A stretch of 64,000 nucleotides of DNA from Thermoprotei archaeon (GTDB lineage Archaea > Thermoproteota > Thermoprotei > Gearchaeales > Gearchaeaceae). The notes beneath the pieces were generated by a model that had not been told where the DNA came from, did no database searches, and saw nothing but the letters and a program-made list of their open reading frames with translations. The position numbers and the translations under genes were made by a program. Position 1 is the first letter of the stretch. Each line of letters starts with the position of its first letter. This document shows, piece by piece, positions 29,159 through 39,262 of the stretch. The stretch lies in the NCBI GenBank assembly GCA_017857595.1, contig JAFMCU010000003.1, forward strand, positions 7,403 to 71,402, written 5' to 3'.

Positions 29159-29697
29159 ATAACATTTTCCAAGACCTTAGGATAAAAATAGTAGATCCTA
29201 AAAAACTTTCATTTGTAGATAAATTGCTAGTTTGGAGTAGAAGGAATTCTCTATGGCTTTTAGTCTTTGGTATAAAGTGTTGTGCAATAGAAGATTTAAT
29301 GGTTCCAGGCGCTTCGAATTATGATTTTGAGAGATTTGGTGTTCTTCCTAGGAATAGTCCAAGACAATGTGATTTGATGATAATAACAGGTCCTATAACG
29401 CATAAAATGTCTCAGCCTTTAAGGACTTTATATGAACAAATGGCAGAACCAAAGTATGTCATCGCTACAGGAGAATGTTCTATTTGTGGAGGACCTTGGA
29501 AAGGAATGTATAGTGTTTTAGATGGGGCTGACCAAGTTATTCCGGTGGATGTTTATATTCCTGGTTGTCCTCCTAAGCCTGAATCACTCATAGAAGGTAT
29601 AATTAAACTTGAAGAAAAAATTCTTAAAGGAGAAGTAAGAAGAAAGTTTCTACCTCCTACAGGTTTACCTCAATTAAAAACAGATTGGAGATGTTAA
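29149..29697 (+). CDS. nuoB: NADH-quinone oxidoreductase subunit B (N2 cluster)
   Basis: GIKCCAIE...GECSICGG...GCPPKPE cysteine pattern. Confidence 0.9.
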   Translation: MGINNIFQDLRIKIVDPKKLSFVDKLLVWSRRNSLWLLVFGIKCCAIEDLMVPGASNYDFERFGVLPRNSPRQCDLMIITGPITHKMSQPLRTLYEQMAEPKYVIATGECSICGGPWKGMYSVLDGADQVIPVDVYIPGCPPKPESLIEGIIKLEEKILKGEVRRKFLPPTGLPQLKTDWRC

Positions 29698-29698
29698 T

Positions 29699-30124
29699 AT
29701 GAGCGAGTTAAACGTAGAAGATATAAAGAAAATATTACCTTATGCTGAAATTTATAAAATTTATAAAAACAAATTTTATGCAAAAATACCAAAAGAGAAT
29801 TGGATAGATTCTGCTAGGAGATTAAAAGAAGCAGGTTTCTCTTTATTAATTACAGTTACAGGAATTGATAGGCAGAATTTTATGGAAGTTAACTATATTT
29901 GTAGAAGACCTGAAGGAAATGGTTTAGTTATTGTAGGAACTCAAATTGATAGGAGAGATCCTCGAATACCTAGCTTAGTAAATGTTTGGCTTGGAGCACA
30001 TTTTCATGAAAGAGAAACATTTGATTTATTAGGTATATATTTTGAAGGTAATCTCGATCTAAGAAGAATATTGCTCCCTGAAGATTGGGTAGGACATCCT
30101 TTGAGGAAAGATTATAAATGGTAA
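29699..30124 (+). CDS. nuoC: NADH-quinone oxidoreductase subunit C (30 kDa family, short form)
   Basis: Position between nuoB and nuoD; ERETFDLLGIYFEG and HPLRKDY motifs. Confidence 0.8.
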   Translation: MSELNVEDIKKILPYAEIYKIYKNKFYAKIPKENWIDSARRLKEAGFSLLITVTGIDRQNFMEVNYICRRPEGNGLVIVGTQIDRRDPRIPSLVNVWLGAHFHERETFDLLGIYFEGNLDLRRILLPEDWVGHPLRKDYKW

Positions 30125-31239
30125 ACGATCAACAAACTAGTCTGGAATCAAAAGATATAAGAACACTTACAATAAACGTTGGACCTCAGCATCCTAGTAC
30201 ACATGGCCCAATGGACATTGTAGTTACAATTGAAGGAGAAACAATAATAGGTGCAGATGTAAAGTTAGGATATATACATAGAGGCATAGAAAAGCTTTGT
30301 GAACTTAGAAATTTCTTCCAAATCCCTGTTTATCTTAATAGACTTTGCTATGTGAGTGGAATGTTTTGGGAATACGGCTTTGTAAAGGCTGTAGAAGAAA
30401 TTATGAATCAAAAAGTTCCAGAACGTGCTGAATGGTTAAGAGTTATTGCTTGCGAATTAACAAGAATAGCAAGTCATATGATATTTTTTGCCTCATTTGG
30501 AGCAGATGTAGGAAATTTAACATTGTATTCATGGGGGATTAGGGACAGAGATAGAATTATCGATGTATTAGAGCTTTTAAGCGGCCAAAGAATGACTTTT
30601 GGATATTTTAGAGTTGGTGGTGTTCGATATGATGTTCCTGTTGGGTTTGAAGATAATATTGAAAAATCTTTAAGATATGTTGAATCGCATTTAAGGGATT
30701 ATGAAAGATTGACTGTAGAAAATCCAGTCTTTATTGCAAGAACTGAAAATATTATACTTGCTGATTCTTCTAAAGCTTTAGAATTGGGATGGACCGGACC
30801 ATTATTAAGGGCTACAGGATTAAAAAGGGATCTAAGAAGAGATGAACCTTATGCAGTTTATGATACAATCGATTTTGAAATACCTACTGGAAAAAGAGGG
30901 AGTGTTTTAGATACATTTTATGTAAGAATTGAAGAGGTCAAAGAAAGCATAAAAATAGTTAGGCAAGCTATTAAAAGAATTCCTTCAGGACCTTTTCAGC
31001 ATAGAGCATTACTATATCCTCCTCCAGGCATTGGTTATGCCCATGTTGAAGATTCAAGAGGAGAATGTGGTTATATGATTGTTAGTGACGGTTCACCAAA
31101 GCCTTACAGAGTAAAAATAAGGAGCCCCGCATATGTTCATGTAATGAGTTTGCCCTATATATTAAAGGGATTGAAGTTAGCAGATTTATATGCTGTCATT
31201 GGAGCAATAGATCCTTGCTTAGGAGAAATTGATAGATAA
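30118..31239 (+). CDS. nuoD: NADH-quinone oxidoreductase subunit D (49 kDa)
   Basis: INVGPQHPSTHG, RGIEKL and RIPSGP motifs; 373 aa. Confidence 0.9.
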   Translation: MVNDQQTSLESKDIRTLTINVGPQHPSTHGPMDIVVTIEGETIIGADVKLGYIHRGIEKLCELRNFFQIPVYLNRLCYVSGMFWEYGFVKAVEEIMNQKVPERAEWLRVIACELTRIASHMIFFASFGADVGNLTLYSWGIRDRDRIIDVLELLSGQRMTFGYFRVGGVRYDVPVGFEDNIEKSLRYVESHLRDYERLTVENPVFIARTENIILADSSKALELGWTGPLLRATGLKRDLRRDEPYAVYDTIDFEIPTGKRGSVLDTFYVRIEEVKESIKIVRQAIKRIPSGPFQHRALLYPPPGIGYAHVEDSRGECGYMIVSDGSPKPYRVKIRSPAYVHVMSLPYILKGLKLADLYAVIGAIDPCLGEIDR

Positions 31240-31273
31240 ATATATATACTACACTCTTTAAAAAATCTCTCAT

Positions 31274-32359
31274 ATGATTACAGAATTATACTTGCCTCCT
31301 TTTTTATATGACATTTTTAAATCTGCTGTTGCAACGATAATTGCCATTGTTTTCACATTATTAAACGTCATAATTTTTATCTATGCTGAAAGGAAAGTTT
31401 GGGCAAGATCGATGCAAAGAATGGGGCCTACTTACGTAGGAAAATGGGGCTCATTACAACTTATAGCCGATCTTATTAAGTTATTGAGCAAGGAAATAAT
31501 TGTTCCCTCAAAAGCTAATAGAGTTGCATTTTTGTTATTACCAATATTAGTTGCCATCGTATCTTTGATGATAGCGATAATTCTTCCTTATGATTATGTA
31601 GTATTTTACACTTTACAAATTTTTCAACCCTTAATCCCCTCAGTTAGTTACCTAACAAAATTTGTAGTCTCTAATTCCTTCACAGCTGGCTTGTTTATTA
31701 TTTATGTGGTATTGGGCTTGAATCCTGTTTTGATATTGCTAACAGGTTGGGTTAGTAACAATAAATATACCGTCGTTGGTGGTTTTAGAGCAGCTGCACA
31801 ACTTCTAAGCTTTGAAATACCATTATTAGTTGTTATTGCTTCAGTAGTTGTTTTAACAAATTCATTGAATTTATATGATATTGTTAATATGCAGCAAAAA
31901 GTTTGGTTTGTAATTGTTGCTCCACTTGCATTTATATTATTTTTAATCACAACTTTAGCTGAGGGAGAAAGAACACCGTTTGATATTCCTGATGCAGAAA
32001 GCGAGATAATAGCAGGATGGAATACAGAATATAGCGCAGCTCCATACGCACTTTTATTAATGGGCATGTATGCTAGAGCTTTCTTTAGTGCAACATTAAT
32101 TGCAATATTGTTTTTTGGAGGATGGTTAGGACCTACTCTTCCCGGTTTTTTAGCGCCTTTTAGTGGACCTTTTTGGTTGATGCTTAAGACTTATTTCTTT
32201 ATGATACTTTTTATTGTTATTAGAGCAGCTTTTCCAAGATATAGAATCGACCAACTTTTAAGTTTAAATTGGACGAAGTTATTACCTTTATCTATAGTTA
32301 ACTTAATATTGGTAGTCATAGCAAAGTATATTGTACTATCATTGGGGTTGATATCATGA
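31274..32359 (+). CDS. nuoH: NADH-quinone oxidoreductase subunit H
   Basis: RKVWARSMQRMGP..., EGERTPFDIPDAESE and AGWNTEYS signatures; 8 TM segments. Confidence 0.9.
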   Translation: MITELYLPPFLYDIFKSAVATIIAIVFTLLNVIIFIYAERKVWARSMQRMGPTYVGKWGSLQLIADLIKLLSKEIIVPSKANRVAFLLLPILVAIVSLMIAIILPYDYVVFYTLQIFQPLIPSVSYLTKFVVSNSFTAGLFIIYVVLGLNPVLILLTGWVSNNKYTVVGGFRAAAQLLSFEIPLLVVIASVVVLTNSLNLYDIVNMQQKVWFVIVAPLAFILFLITTLAEGERTPFDIPDAESEIIAGWNTEYSAAPYALLLMGMYARAFFSATLIAILFFGGWLGPTLPGFLAPFSGPFWLMLKTYFFMILFIVIRAAFPRYRIDQLLSLNWTKLLPLSIVNLILVVIAKYIVLSLGLIS

Positions 32360-32787
32360 GCAGAGTAAGAGAAATTTTTAATGCTGTTTATAGGATCATA
32401 TATGGCTCTTTATTAGCTACATACGCTGCAACAAAGTATCTTTTTTTAAGAAGACCCACAATAGAATATCCAACTCAAACAATACAGTTTACAGAAAGAT
32501 ACAGAGGTGCATTGGAAGTTGATGATAATCTATGCGTAGGCTGTGGCATATGCGCAAAAGTTTGTCCAAACACATGTATTTTTATGGTACCTTATGAAAA
32601 GGGCAATCCTGCAATGATCCCTGAAATTGATTTACAACATTGTATGTACTGCGGTTTATGTGTAGATTATTGTCCTCCTGGAGCTATTTATCATACGCAC
32701 GTTGTAAAAATTGTTGGATTCAAGAGATCAGACCTCTATTTATCTCAAGAGAAAGTCACAAATGTTCAAGAACTAGAATATAAATGA
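32356..32787 (+). CDS. nuoI: NADH-quinone oxidoreductase subunit I (2x[4Fe-4S])
   Basis: CVGCGICAKVCP and CMYCGLCVDYCP. Confidence 0.85.
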   Translation: MSRVREIFNAVYRIIYGSLLATYAATKYLFLRRPTIEYPTQTIQFTERYRGALEVDDNLCVGCGICAKVCPNTCIFMVPYEKGNPAMIPEIDLQHCMYCGLCVDYCPPGAIYHTHVVKIVGFKRSDLYLSQEKVTNVQELEYK

Positions 32788-33266
32788 CATTTGATACTAC
32801 AATTTATATCATTGCAGTAGCATTGGTTATTTTATTTTCTTATTTAGCTATCAGAACTAAGAGTATTTTAATATCATTGATATATTTAGTGGGGATGTAC
32901 GCTGCCGGAGCTTGGGCATTAATTCAAGTAGGGGCATGGTTCTTGGCGTTAATTTATTTATTTGTGAATGCTGGCGGAGTTTTAGTTTTAATTATATTTG
33001 CATCCATGTTAACAAGACCAGCTAGGGATATACCAACTAATAGAAGAATTACATTTTATGGAATTATTACTTCAACATTGCTTATTGCTTTAATTGGTTA
33101 CTACATGTATGCAAGCAATATAAATTATGTTGCATCTTACTCATCCAATTATTACAGTATAGCATCATTCATTTTCTCTTATTATTTTATAGGCATAATA
33201 GTAGTAGCAATAGCTGCTCTTTCAATATATTTCGGTGCAATATATGTAGCAGGTGAAGAAAAATGA
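32784..33266 (+). CDS. nuoJ: NADH-quinone oxidoreductase subunit J
   Basis: 160-aa 5-TM protein in the conserved nuoI-J-K position. Confidence 0.7.
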   Translation: MTFDTTIYIIAVALVILFSYLAIRTKSILISLIYLVGMYAAGAWALIQVGAWFLALIYLFVNAGGVLVLIIFASMLTRPARDIPTNRRITFYGIITSTLLIALIGYYMYASNINYVASYSSNYYSIASFIFSYYFIGIIVVAIAALSIYFGAIYVAGEEK

Positions 33267-33565
33267 TTGACGTCTTAGTTGCAATACTTGTTGTATTGCC
33301 TGCCTTTGGCATAGGAATATTTGGTCTTTTAGCAAGAAGGCATTTCATAAGAATAATAATATCTGTTGAAATTGCACTTAATGCAGTCATTCTGACGTTG
33401 GGTGTATTTTCAGCACTTAATGGAACAATGGGAGAAGCGATCGGCATATTATTTTTATTCATAATAGCAATGGAAGTTGCGATTGGATTGGCTATAGCTA
33501 TACAAATGGATAAGGTATTTCAGACAGTTGATATTTATGCAGTAAGAAAAATAAAGGACGAATAA
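33263..33565 (+). CDS. nuoK: NADH-quinone oxidoreductase subunit K
   Basis: 100 aa, 3 TM segments, conserved Glu in IAMEVAIGLAIA. Confidence 0.75.
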   Translation: MIDVLVAILVVLPAFGIGIFGLLARRHFIRIIISVEIALNAVILTLGVFSALNGTMGEAIGILFLFIIAMEVAIGLAIAIQMDKVFQTVDIYAVRKIKDE

Positions 33566-33567
33566 AT

Positions 33568-34998
33568 ATGGTAAACTTAGTAAATTTAGAAAATACTATA
33601 TTTTACTTATTCGCACCTTTTATATTATTCATTTTCAGTTTAATAGTTGCAATCGTAGGTTTATTCAAAAAATATTTAGTTGCTAAGATTTTATCATACA
33701 TCTCATTACTGTTAGCTTTAATAACATCGATATATTTTCTGTCTTATTCAAGCGCATTATTTTTATTTAATGGAAAAATAATTATTGATAAATTTTCTTT
33801 AATTGTTTGGATAGCTTTAATAATAGGAGCATTTTTCTCTTTATCATCAATGGAAAATGACCTTATATCCAGAGAAGCACTTCCATTACTTCTTTTATCA
33901 CTCTCATTAGCATTGATCGCTATCATTTCTAGAGATTTGCTAATTTTGTTTTTAGCCGTTGAAGGAAGCATATTGCCAACATATGCGTTGGTTGCGCAGT
34001 TTAAGAAAGAACCTTTCTCTCTTGAAGCAACCGTAAAATATTTTATTTTTGGTATTCTAGCTACTTTGTTATTTGCATACGGTATTACTGTTATTTTTGG
34101 TAATTTAGGGTCAACATCATTTGCTATCATTTCAGATAAGATTCCAAATTCAAATTTGTTACTATCAGTTCTTGGCTTTATTTTAATAATTTTATCATTA
34201 GGTATTAAATCAACACTTGTTCCATTGCATACATGGGCGATAGACACATATCAAGGAGCACCAACCAGTATTACTGTCTTTCTATCAACAACATCTAAAA
34301 TTCTAGGTATTTCAGTAATAGCCTTGCTTATTACAGGGCCATTCAGCGGATTGTATAAGTTCACTACTATCTATTATATACTTGTAGCTTTTGCATTGCT
34401 AACTTTAGTAGTGCCTAATATAGCTGCACTCATACAACGCGATCTAAAAAGACTGTTAGCGTATTCATCAATTGCACATGCTGGTTATATGTCTTTAATA
34501 TTCGTCTTTCCATTCCAGACAATTTACATTTTAGGATACTATCTTATAACTTATAGCATTGCTAAATCAGTTAGCTTCATGGTTGTAAAGATTATATCTG
34601 GTGAAGGTAGCTACAGTTCTTATGATTCTTTAAGGGGTCTTTTTAAATCCAATCCTTTAATAGCTTTTGCATTTTCAATCAGCTTGTTATCGTTAGCTGG
34701 AATACCTCCCTTTGCAGGTTTTATGGCAAAGTTCTTGCTATTTTTATCAACAGCTTTATCAAGTAGTGTAGGAATTTCCTTAGCTTTAATAGCATTAATA
34801 ATGAGCGGTGTATCTGTTTATTATTATGTTATTGTTATTAGGTTTGCCTCTTCAAAAAGTTTAGGAAACGGTAATGAAAAGTTATTGAACCTCAGCTTTG
34901 AAAAATATTTATTTTTAATATTATCTATTGTTTTGTTGATTGTGCTAACTTTCTTTCCTAATTACTTTTTTGTTTCAATCCCAATAATTTCTCCTTAA
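33568..34998 (+). CDS. nuoN: NADH-quinone oxidoreductase antiporter-like subunit (NuoN/NuoM family); the only one in the cluster
   Basis: 476 aa, about 14 TM segments; HTWAIDTYQGAPT and AYSSIAHAGYM motifs of Mrp-antiporter-like complex I subunits. Confidence 0.7.
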   Translation: MVNLVNLENTIFYLFAPFILFIFSLIVAIVGLFKKYLVAKILSYISLLLALITSIYFLSYSSALFLFNGKIIIDKFSLIVWIALIIGAFFSLSSMENDLISREALPLLLLSLSLALIAIISRDLLILFLAVEGSILPTYALVAQFKKEPFSLEATVKYFIFGILATLLFAYGITVIFGNLGSTSFAIISDKIPNSNLLLSVLGFILIILSLGIKSTLVPLHTWAIDTYQGAPTSITVFLSTTSKILGISVIALLITGPFSGLYKFTTIYYILVAFALLTLVVPNIAALIQRDLKRLLAYSSIAHAGYMSLIFVFPFQTIYILGYYLITYSIAKSVSFMVVKIISGEGSYSSYDSLRGLFKSNPLIAFAFSISLLSLAGIPPFAGFMAKFLLFLSTALSSSVGISLALIALIMSGVSVYYYVIVIRFASSKSLGNGNEKLLNLSFEKYLFLILSIVLLIVLTFFPNYFFVSIPIISP

Positions 34999-35037
34999 TT
35001 AATTTAATTGAATAAAAGCTTTGTTTTTCTGGAAGAA

Positions 35038-35961
35038 TTAGACGTCCGATGTTAAATCACATATATCTATGATAAGATTTGCTATGTCATCGAAAATTTT
35101 AATTATTGTTGTATTATTAGCTACTTCTTTAACCTTATTAATTAAATTTAATATTTCTTTCTTTACTTCTTCATTATTCATACCTTTATTCCTCAAAAAG
35201 TTAATCAATGCTTTTTCTTGAAGCTTTTGAAGTTCTAGAGCAAATTCATGAATCGTATTCAAAAATTCTTCTTTAAATTTCCCGTTGGAATTAATAAGTT
35301 CGTTAATTAATTTTGCAGTTTCATCACCTATTTTTTCTATTATTTCTCCAACAAGCCTTAAATCCATGCAATTTATCATTGTTAAATTCAATTTGTTCAT
35401 AAGAATAGGTTTAGTGATAATACTTCTCATCTGCCTTACAAAAAGGAAATATAACCTATCTATTTCTGTCTCTCTTTCTAATAATCTTTGTAAGAAATGT
35501 TTATCATTATGGGATTTTAAAGCGTCTACATACATCATTGAAGCAATTGAATTTATCCTAAATAACAATTTTATAGGATCAATTGAAGATTCATTTACCA
35601 GTGTTTGGAGAACGATTAAATTCCTTGATTCTTCAACTATTTCAATTCCACTCAATTTCTTTGCAACCTCTAATATTTCTTCTCTTTCATGTTGATTCAA
35701 CCCTGTTTTTGAGAAAATTTTTATTGTATCATATCCTAGCAAATAGTAGCTTATTATTTTTCTCGAAATGTTCTTTTTATCATATTCAATATCTACAACC
35801 TTTTCATCTTTATTTTCCTTGGCAGGGCATATAGCAATTTCTCCATTTTCTTTTATTATTAAATTTATCTCATCGCCTTTTGTAATATTTAATTTAGATA
35901 TCCATTCTTTTGGTAGCGATATATAAAAAGTGTTTCCAATTTGTTGTATCTTCCTTATCAT
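35038..35961 (-). CDS. AbrB/SpoVT-domain plus PhoU-repeat protein (phosphate-uptake-regulator-like transcription factor)
   Basis: N-terminal swapped-hairpin motif MIRKIQQIGNTFYISLPKEWISKLNITKGDEI; helical PhoU-like repeats in the remainder; 307 aa. Confidence 0.5.
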   Translation of the reverse strand: MIRKIQQIGNTFYISLPKEWISKLNITKGDEINLIIKENGEIAICPAKENKDEKVVDIEYDKKNISRKIISYYLLGYDTIKIFSKTGLNQHEREEILEVAKKLSGIEIVEESRNLIVLQTLVNESSIDPIKLLFRINSIASMMYVDALKSHNDKHFLQRLLERETEIDRLYFLFVRQMRSIITKPILMNKLNLTMINCMDLRLVGEIIEKIGDETAKLINELINSNGKFKEEFLNTIHEFALELQKLQEKALINFLRNKGMNNEEVKKEILNLINKVKEVANNTTIIKIFDDIANLIIDICDLTSDV

Positions 35962-36044
35962 TTAATCAATTATTATTAAATCATGCAAATTAGATAAATT
36001 TAAATCTCTAGAAAAGTTTAAATAGGTTTTTAAGTAGGTTTTTC

Positions 36045-36857
36045 ATGCAAGATAACCTTCAAATTAATCATTTTCTTTCAACTCTGATTGGAAAATCGAA
36101 AAATACAAAGAAAGTTTATCTACACACAATTCAAAAATTTATCAATTTTGTTAGAAAAGAAAACTATGACCAATTTGATGTGATAAACTACTTAAATTAT
36201 CTTGACTCTATAGGTCAAAAAATATCAACTATAAGGTTAGTGGCAGTAGTTTTAAAGCGTTATCTGAAATTTTTGGGAAAAGATACTTCAAAAATTGTTT
36301 TACCTAAAATGGGAAATGAAATTAAGAACATATATGTTAGAGAAAAATACTTAAAAGATTTTTTGAATGCCTTTGATTCATTTCGTGATAAACTTATTGT
36401 AAGATTTATTTTGCTAACAGGATGTAGAGTTGGGGAAGTAGCAAACCTTAGAGTTGAAGATATAGATTTTGATAAGAGAATGATTAAAATCGTTGACCAT
36501 GGAAAGTATGAAATAAAGAAGCAAAGAATAGTACCAATAGATAAAGTAACTTGTGATATGTTAAAAGAATTTATTGGTGAAAGAAAAACAGGAAGCGTAT
36601 TTAATTTGAGTGTGAGAGCTATTCAAAAGATAATAAAGAAAGGGGCATTAAAATCTAAAATACCTTATTGTGACAAAATAACTCCTCATAAACTTAGACA
36701 TACTATGGCAATTTATTGGATAACTAAAGGAGGAGATTTAAGAACGCTTCAAAGAATATTAGGTCATAATAGCATTAAGACTACAGAAATTTACTTAGAT
36801 TACGATATACAGGACATGATTAAAGTATACGATAGAATTTCTGAAAAACTTCTGTGA
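36045..36857 (+). CDS. xerA: Tyrosine recombinase XerA-like (Xer/integrase family)
   Basis: C-terminal catalytic motifs LLTGCRVGE, HKLRHTMAIYWI and LGHNSIKTTEIYLDY (R..HxxR..Y); 270 aa; no obvious mobile-element cargo around it. Confidence 0.6.
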   Translation: MQDNLQINHFLSTLIGKSKNTKKVYLHTIQKFINFVRKENYDQFDVINYLNYLDSIGQKISTIRLVAVVLKRYLKFLGKDTSKIVLPKMGNEIKNIYVREKYLKDFLNAFDSFRDKLIVRFILLTGCRVGEVANLRVEDIDFDKRMIKIVDHGKYEIKKQRIVPIDKVTCDMLKEFIGERKTGSVFNLSVRAIQKIIKKGALKSKIPYCDKITPHKLRHTMAIYWITKGGDLRTLQRILGHNSIKTTEIYLDYDIQDMIKVYDRISEKLL

Positions 36858-36904
36858 TTTCATTAAATAGAAAGCGTTATAAGCAATTTTTTGAAATATT
36901 TTAA

Positions 36905-37939
36905 ATGACTCATTGGAGATTTATAACTGAAGTAGGAGATGCTGCATACAATTTAGCTGTTACTGAAGTTATTCTTAGAAGTGTAGGCAACTTGAGAGCT
37001 AACAATACATTAAGAATAGCTTATTGTAATCCAAATTCAGTAATTATTGGTATTCAACATATTCCTTCTCAAATAATTAATATTCCCGAGTTAAGAAACT
37101 TAAAGTTCAATATTGCAAGAAGGTTAACAAGTGGTTCGCCAATCTTTTTTACGGATAAACAAATAGCAATACAATTCTTTGTTTATGATCAAGCCCCTTC
37201 AAAAAATATTCTCAGGAATAAAATAATATCCTGTATAATTGAAGCATTTAAACAAATGGGATTGGAGGTTAACTTTCAAGAACCTTATAAAATTCTCTGT
37301 AATGGCAGAATGATCGCATATCTAGATACATTAAGAATAAATCATGGACTTTCGATTTCTCTTTTCATAAACGTAGAAAATGATGCAGATTACAGAGAAA
37401 AAATTCTTACTGACAAGTACGCAGCAAATTTAAAGAATTATTTATATGGAATTACAAATGTTAACTTTGAATTAGGAGGAAATTTTTCCAAAACTGAATT
37501 AATTGAAACATTTAAATCAGCAATAAAGAAGGAATTTGAAGTCAGTTTTTCTAATGAACACTTAAATCAGTATGAAAACTTACTTTTGAAGTCGCATATT
37601 GAAAAACACACAATGAGTGAATGGATCCTTGGCTTTAGAAATATTAGTGAATTTATTTCACCTGATGTAAAATCTATTACAATTAATACGAATGAAGGTT
37701 TTATAACTGTTGTTGCATCTACAAATAGAGGCTTAATAACTAATTTGCATATTTCAGGAGACTTTTACATCTATCCACCAGAGGCTTTAAATGCATTAGA
37801 AGTAGGTTTAAAATTTTCTCCAGCAGATGATAGTTACATTCAGGATTATGTTGCAAGATATATAAAGATAGCAAAGGTTCAAATATTTGGTATTAAAGAA
37901 ATTGACATCGTCGAAGCAATCAAAAAAGCAGTATTATGA
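36905..37939 (+). CDS. Lipoate-protein ligase A-family (BPL/LPL catalytic domain) protein
   Basis: 344 aa; RRLTSGSPIFF resembles the LplA RRxTGGGAV motif; see the finding on the possible missing catalytic Lys. Confidence 0.45.
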   Translation: MTHWRFITEVGDAAYNLAVTEVILRSVGNLRANNTLRIAYCNPNSVIIGIQHIPSQIINIPELRNLKFNIARRLTSGSPIFFTDKQIAIQFFVYDQAPSKNILRNKIISCIIEAFKQMGLEVNFQEPYKILCNGRMIAYLDTLRINHGLSISLFINVENDADYREKILTDKYAANLKNYLYGITNVNFELGGNFSKTELIETFKSAIKKEFEVSFSNEHLNQYENLLLKSHIEKHTMSEWILGFRNISEFISPDVKSITINTNEGFITVVASTNRGLITNLHISGDFYIYPPEALNALEVGLKFSPADDSYIQDYVARYIKIAKVQIFGIKEIDIVEAIKKAVL

Positions 37940-38609
37940 TTTTAATAAAATATATCAGAAAATATTAAATAAAAATTTTACAGTAAAAGAAGCTAGAGAA
38001 CTACAGAGATTTATTTCACAAAATCTTAACGAAGTACCTTTAAGCAATTTTAAATTGGTAGCTGGTATTGATTCTTCTTATTACAAGAACAAAATAATAA
38101 CTTCAATAGTATTTTATGACGTATCAGGCAAAAAAATCGTATATCAAAATTATTTAATAGACAAGGTCAATTTTCCCTACATACCAACTTTATTATTCTT
38201 AAGAGAAGGACCTTTGCATGTAAGAATTATAGTTGAGACAGAACTTAAGGCAGATGCATATTTAATAGACGGTCATGGAAAAGCACATCCTCTTAGAGCT
38301 GGTTTAGCGAGTTTTGTAGGTTATTTTTCTAAGATGCCTACAATAGGTGTAGCTAAGAGTAAATTGTTTGGAAGCATTGAATGGTCAAATAATGAAGGAA
38401 ATATTGTTGCAGAAAATGAAATTATTGGTAAAGTAATAAAGCTATGTAACAGAAATTTGTATATCAGTGTAGGTTGCAATATTGATTTAGAATCTAGTGT
38501 TAATGTATTTAAGGCTTCAATCGTTGGTTGTGAATGTTATCCTTTAACAAAGGCACATGAACTTTGCACAAAAATAGCTAACGATATTAAGGAAAAATCT
38601 ATAAAATGA
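37887..38609 (+). CDS. nfi: Endonuclease V
   Basis: DGHGKAHPLRAGLASFVGYFSKMPTIGVAKSKL matches the EndoV DGxGxxHPRxxGLAsHxG..PtIGVAK core. The ORF as given starts with TTG and overlaps the upstream gene by 53 nt, so the true start is uncertain. Confidence 0.7.
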   Translation: MVLKKLTSSKQSKKQYYDFNKIYQKILNKNFTVKEARELQRFISQNLNEVPLSNFKLVAGIDSSYYKNKIITSIVFYDVSGKKIVYQNYLIDKVNFPYIPTLLFLREGPLHVRIIVETELKADAYLIDGHGKAHPLRAGLASFVGYFSKMPTIGVAKSKLFGSIEWSNNEGNIVAENEIIGKVIKLCNRNLYISVGCNIDLESSVNVFKASIVGCECYPLTKAHELCTKIANDIKEKSIK

Positions 38610-38614
38610 ATTGA

Positions 38615-39226
38615 ATGAAGGTAGTAAAATTTGTATTTCCTCCATTGGACAATAACGTTTATTTAGCTTACGATAAATCAGAAGGAGTAGTTATAGATGT
38701 TGCTTTAGGAGCTGATGCTATAGTAGAATTTGTTAAGAAACATAATATCAACATTCTTTATTTAATTAATACACATGCCCATATTGATCATACAGCTCAT
38801 AATTATAAATTAAAGGAATTACTTGGAATAAAAATAGCTTTACACAAAAATGACCACGCATTATTAAAGGAATTTTTCAATTCAAATTATCCGTTTATAC
38901 ATGAAGAATTTAAATATGTTGAACCTGATGTTCTTTTAGAGGACGGGCAAATTATCAAATTTGGTAATGTAGAAATGAAAGTAATCCATACACCAGGTCA
39001 CACACCAGGTTCTATTTGTTTATATGTTGAGAATGAAGGCATTCTTTTTTCTGGTGATACATTATTTGCGGGCACATATGGTAGAACTGATTTCCCATAC
39101 AGTAGTGAGGAAGATATGATTAAAAGCTTAAGAAAGTTAAGCAATTTACCTAAAGACGTAAAAGTATATCCAGGTCATTATGAGGAAACAAAAATAGGTT
39201 ATGAAAGTTGGCTAAAAGAAATTTGA
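38615..39226 (+). CDS. Metallo-beta-lactamase-fold hydrolase (glyoxalase II-like)
   Basis: INTHAHIDHTAHN (HxHxDH), HTPGHTPGS; 203 aa. Confidence 0.6.
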   Translation: MKVVKFVFPPLDNNVYLAYDKSEGVVIDVALGADAIVEFVKKHNINILYLINTHAHIDHTAHNYKLKELLGIKIALHKNDHALLKEFFNSNYPFIHEEFKYVEPDVLLEDGQIIKFGNVEMKVIHTPGHTPGSICLYVENEGILFSGDTLFAGTYGRTDFPYSSEEDMIKSLRKLSNLPKDVKVYPGHYEETKIGYESWLKEI

Positions 39227-39262
39227 AAGTAATGTTAAATATAAGCTTACATTGAAAAATTT

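Noticed and set aside
31702-34247. Minus-strand ORFs 31702..32067, 33187..33462 and 33744..34247
   Set aside because: They are antisense to nuoH, nuoJ/K and nuoN. They are shadow ORFs.
35285-35834. Plus-strand ORFs inside the AbrB-PhoU gene
   Set aside because: They are antisense shadows.
36023-36043. Direct repeat TAGGTTTTT-AAG-TAGGTTTTT immediately upstream of xerA (possible dif or operator)
   Set aside because: It is short and T-rich. The second copy places AGGT about 6 nt before the ATG, so it is more simply explained as a Shine-Dalgarno-like element that happens to be duplicated. It does not resemble a 28-bp dif-type palindrome.
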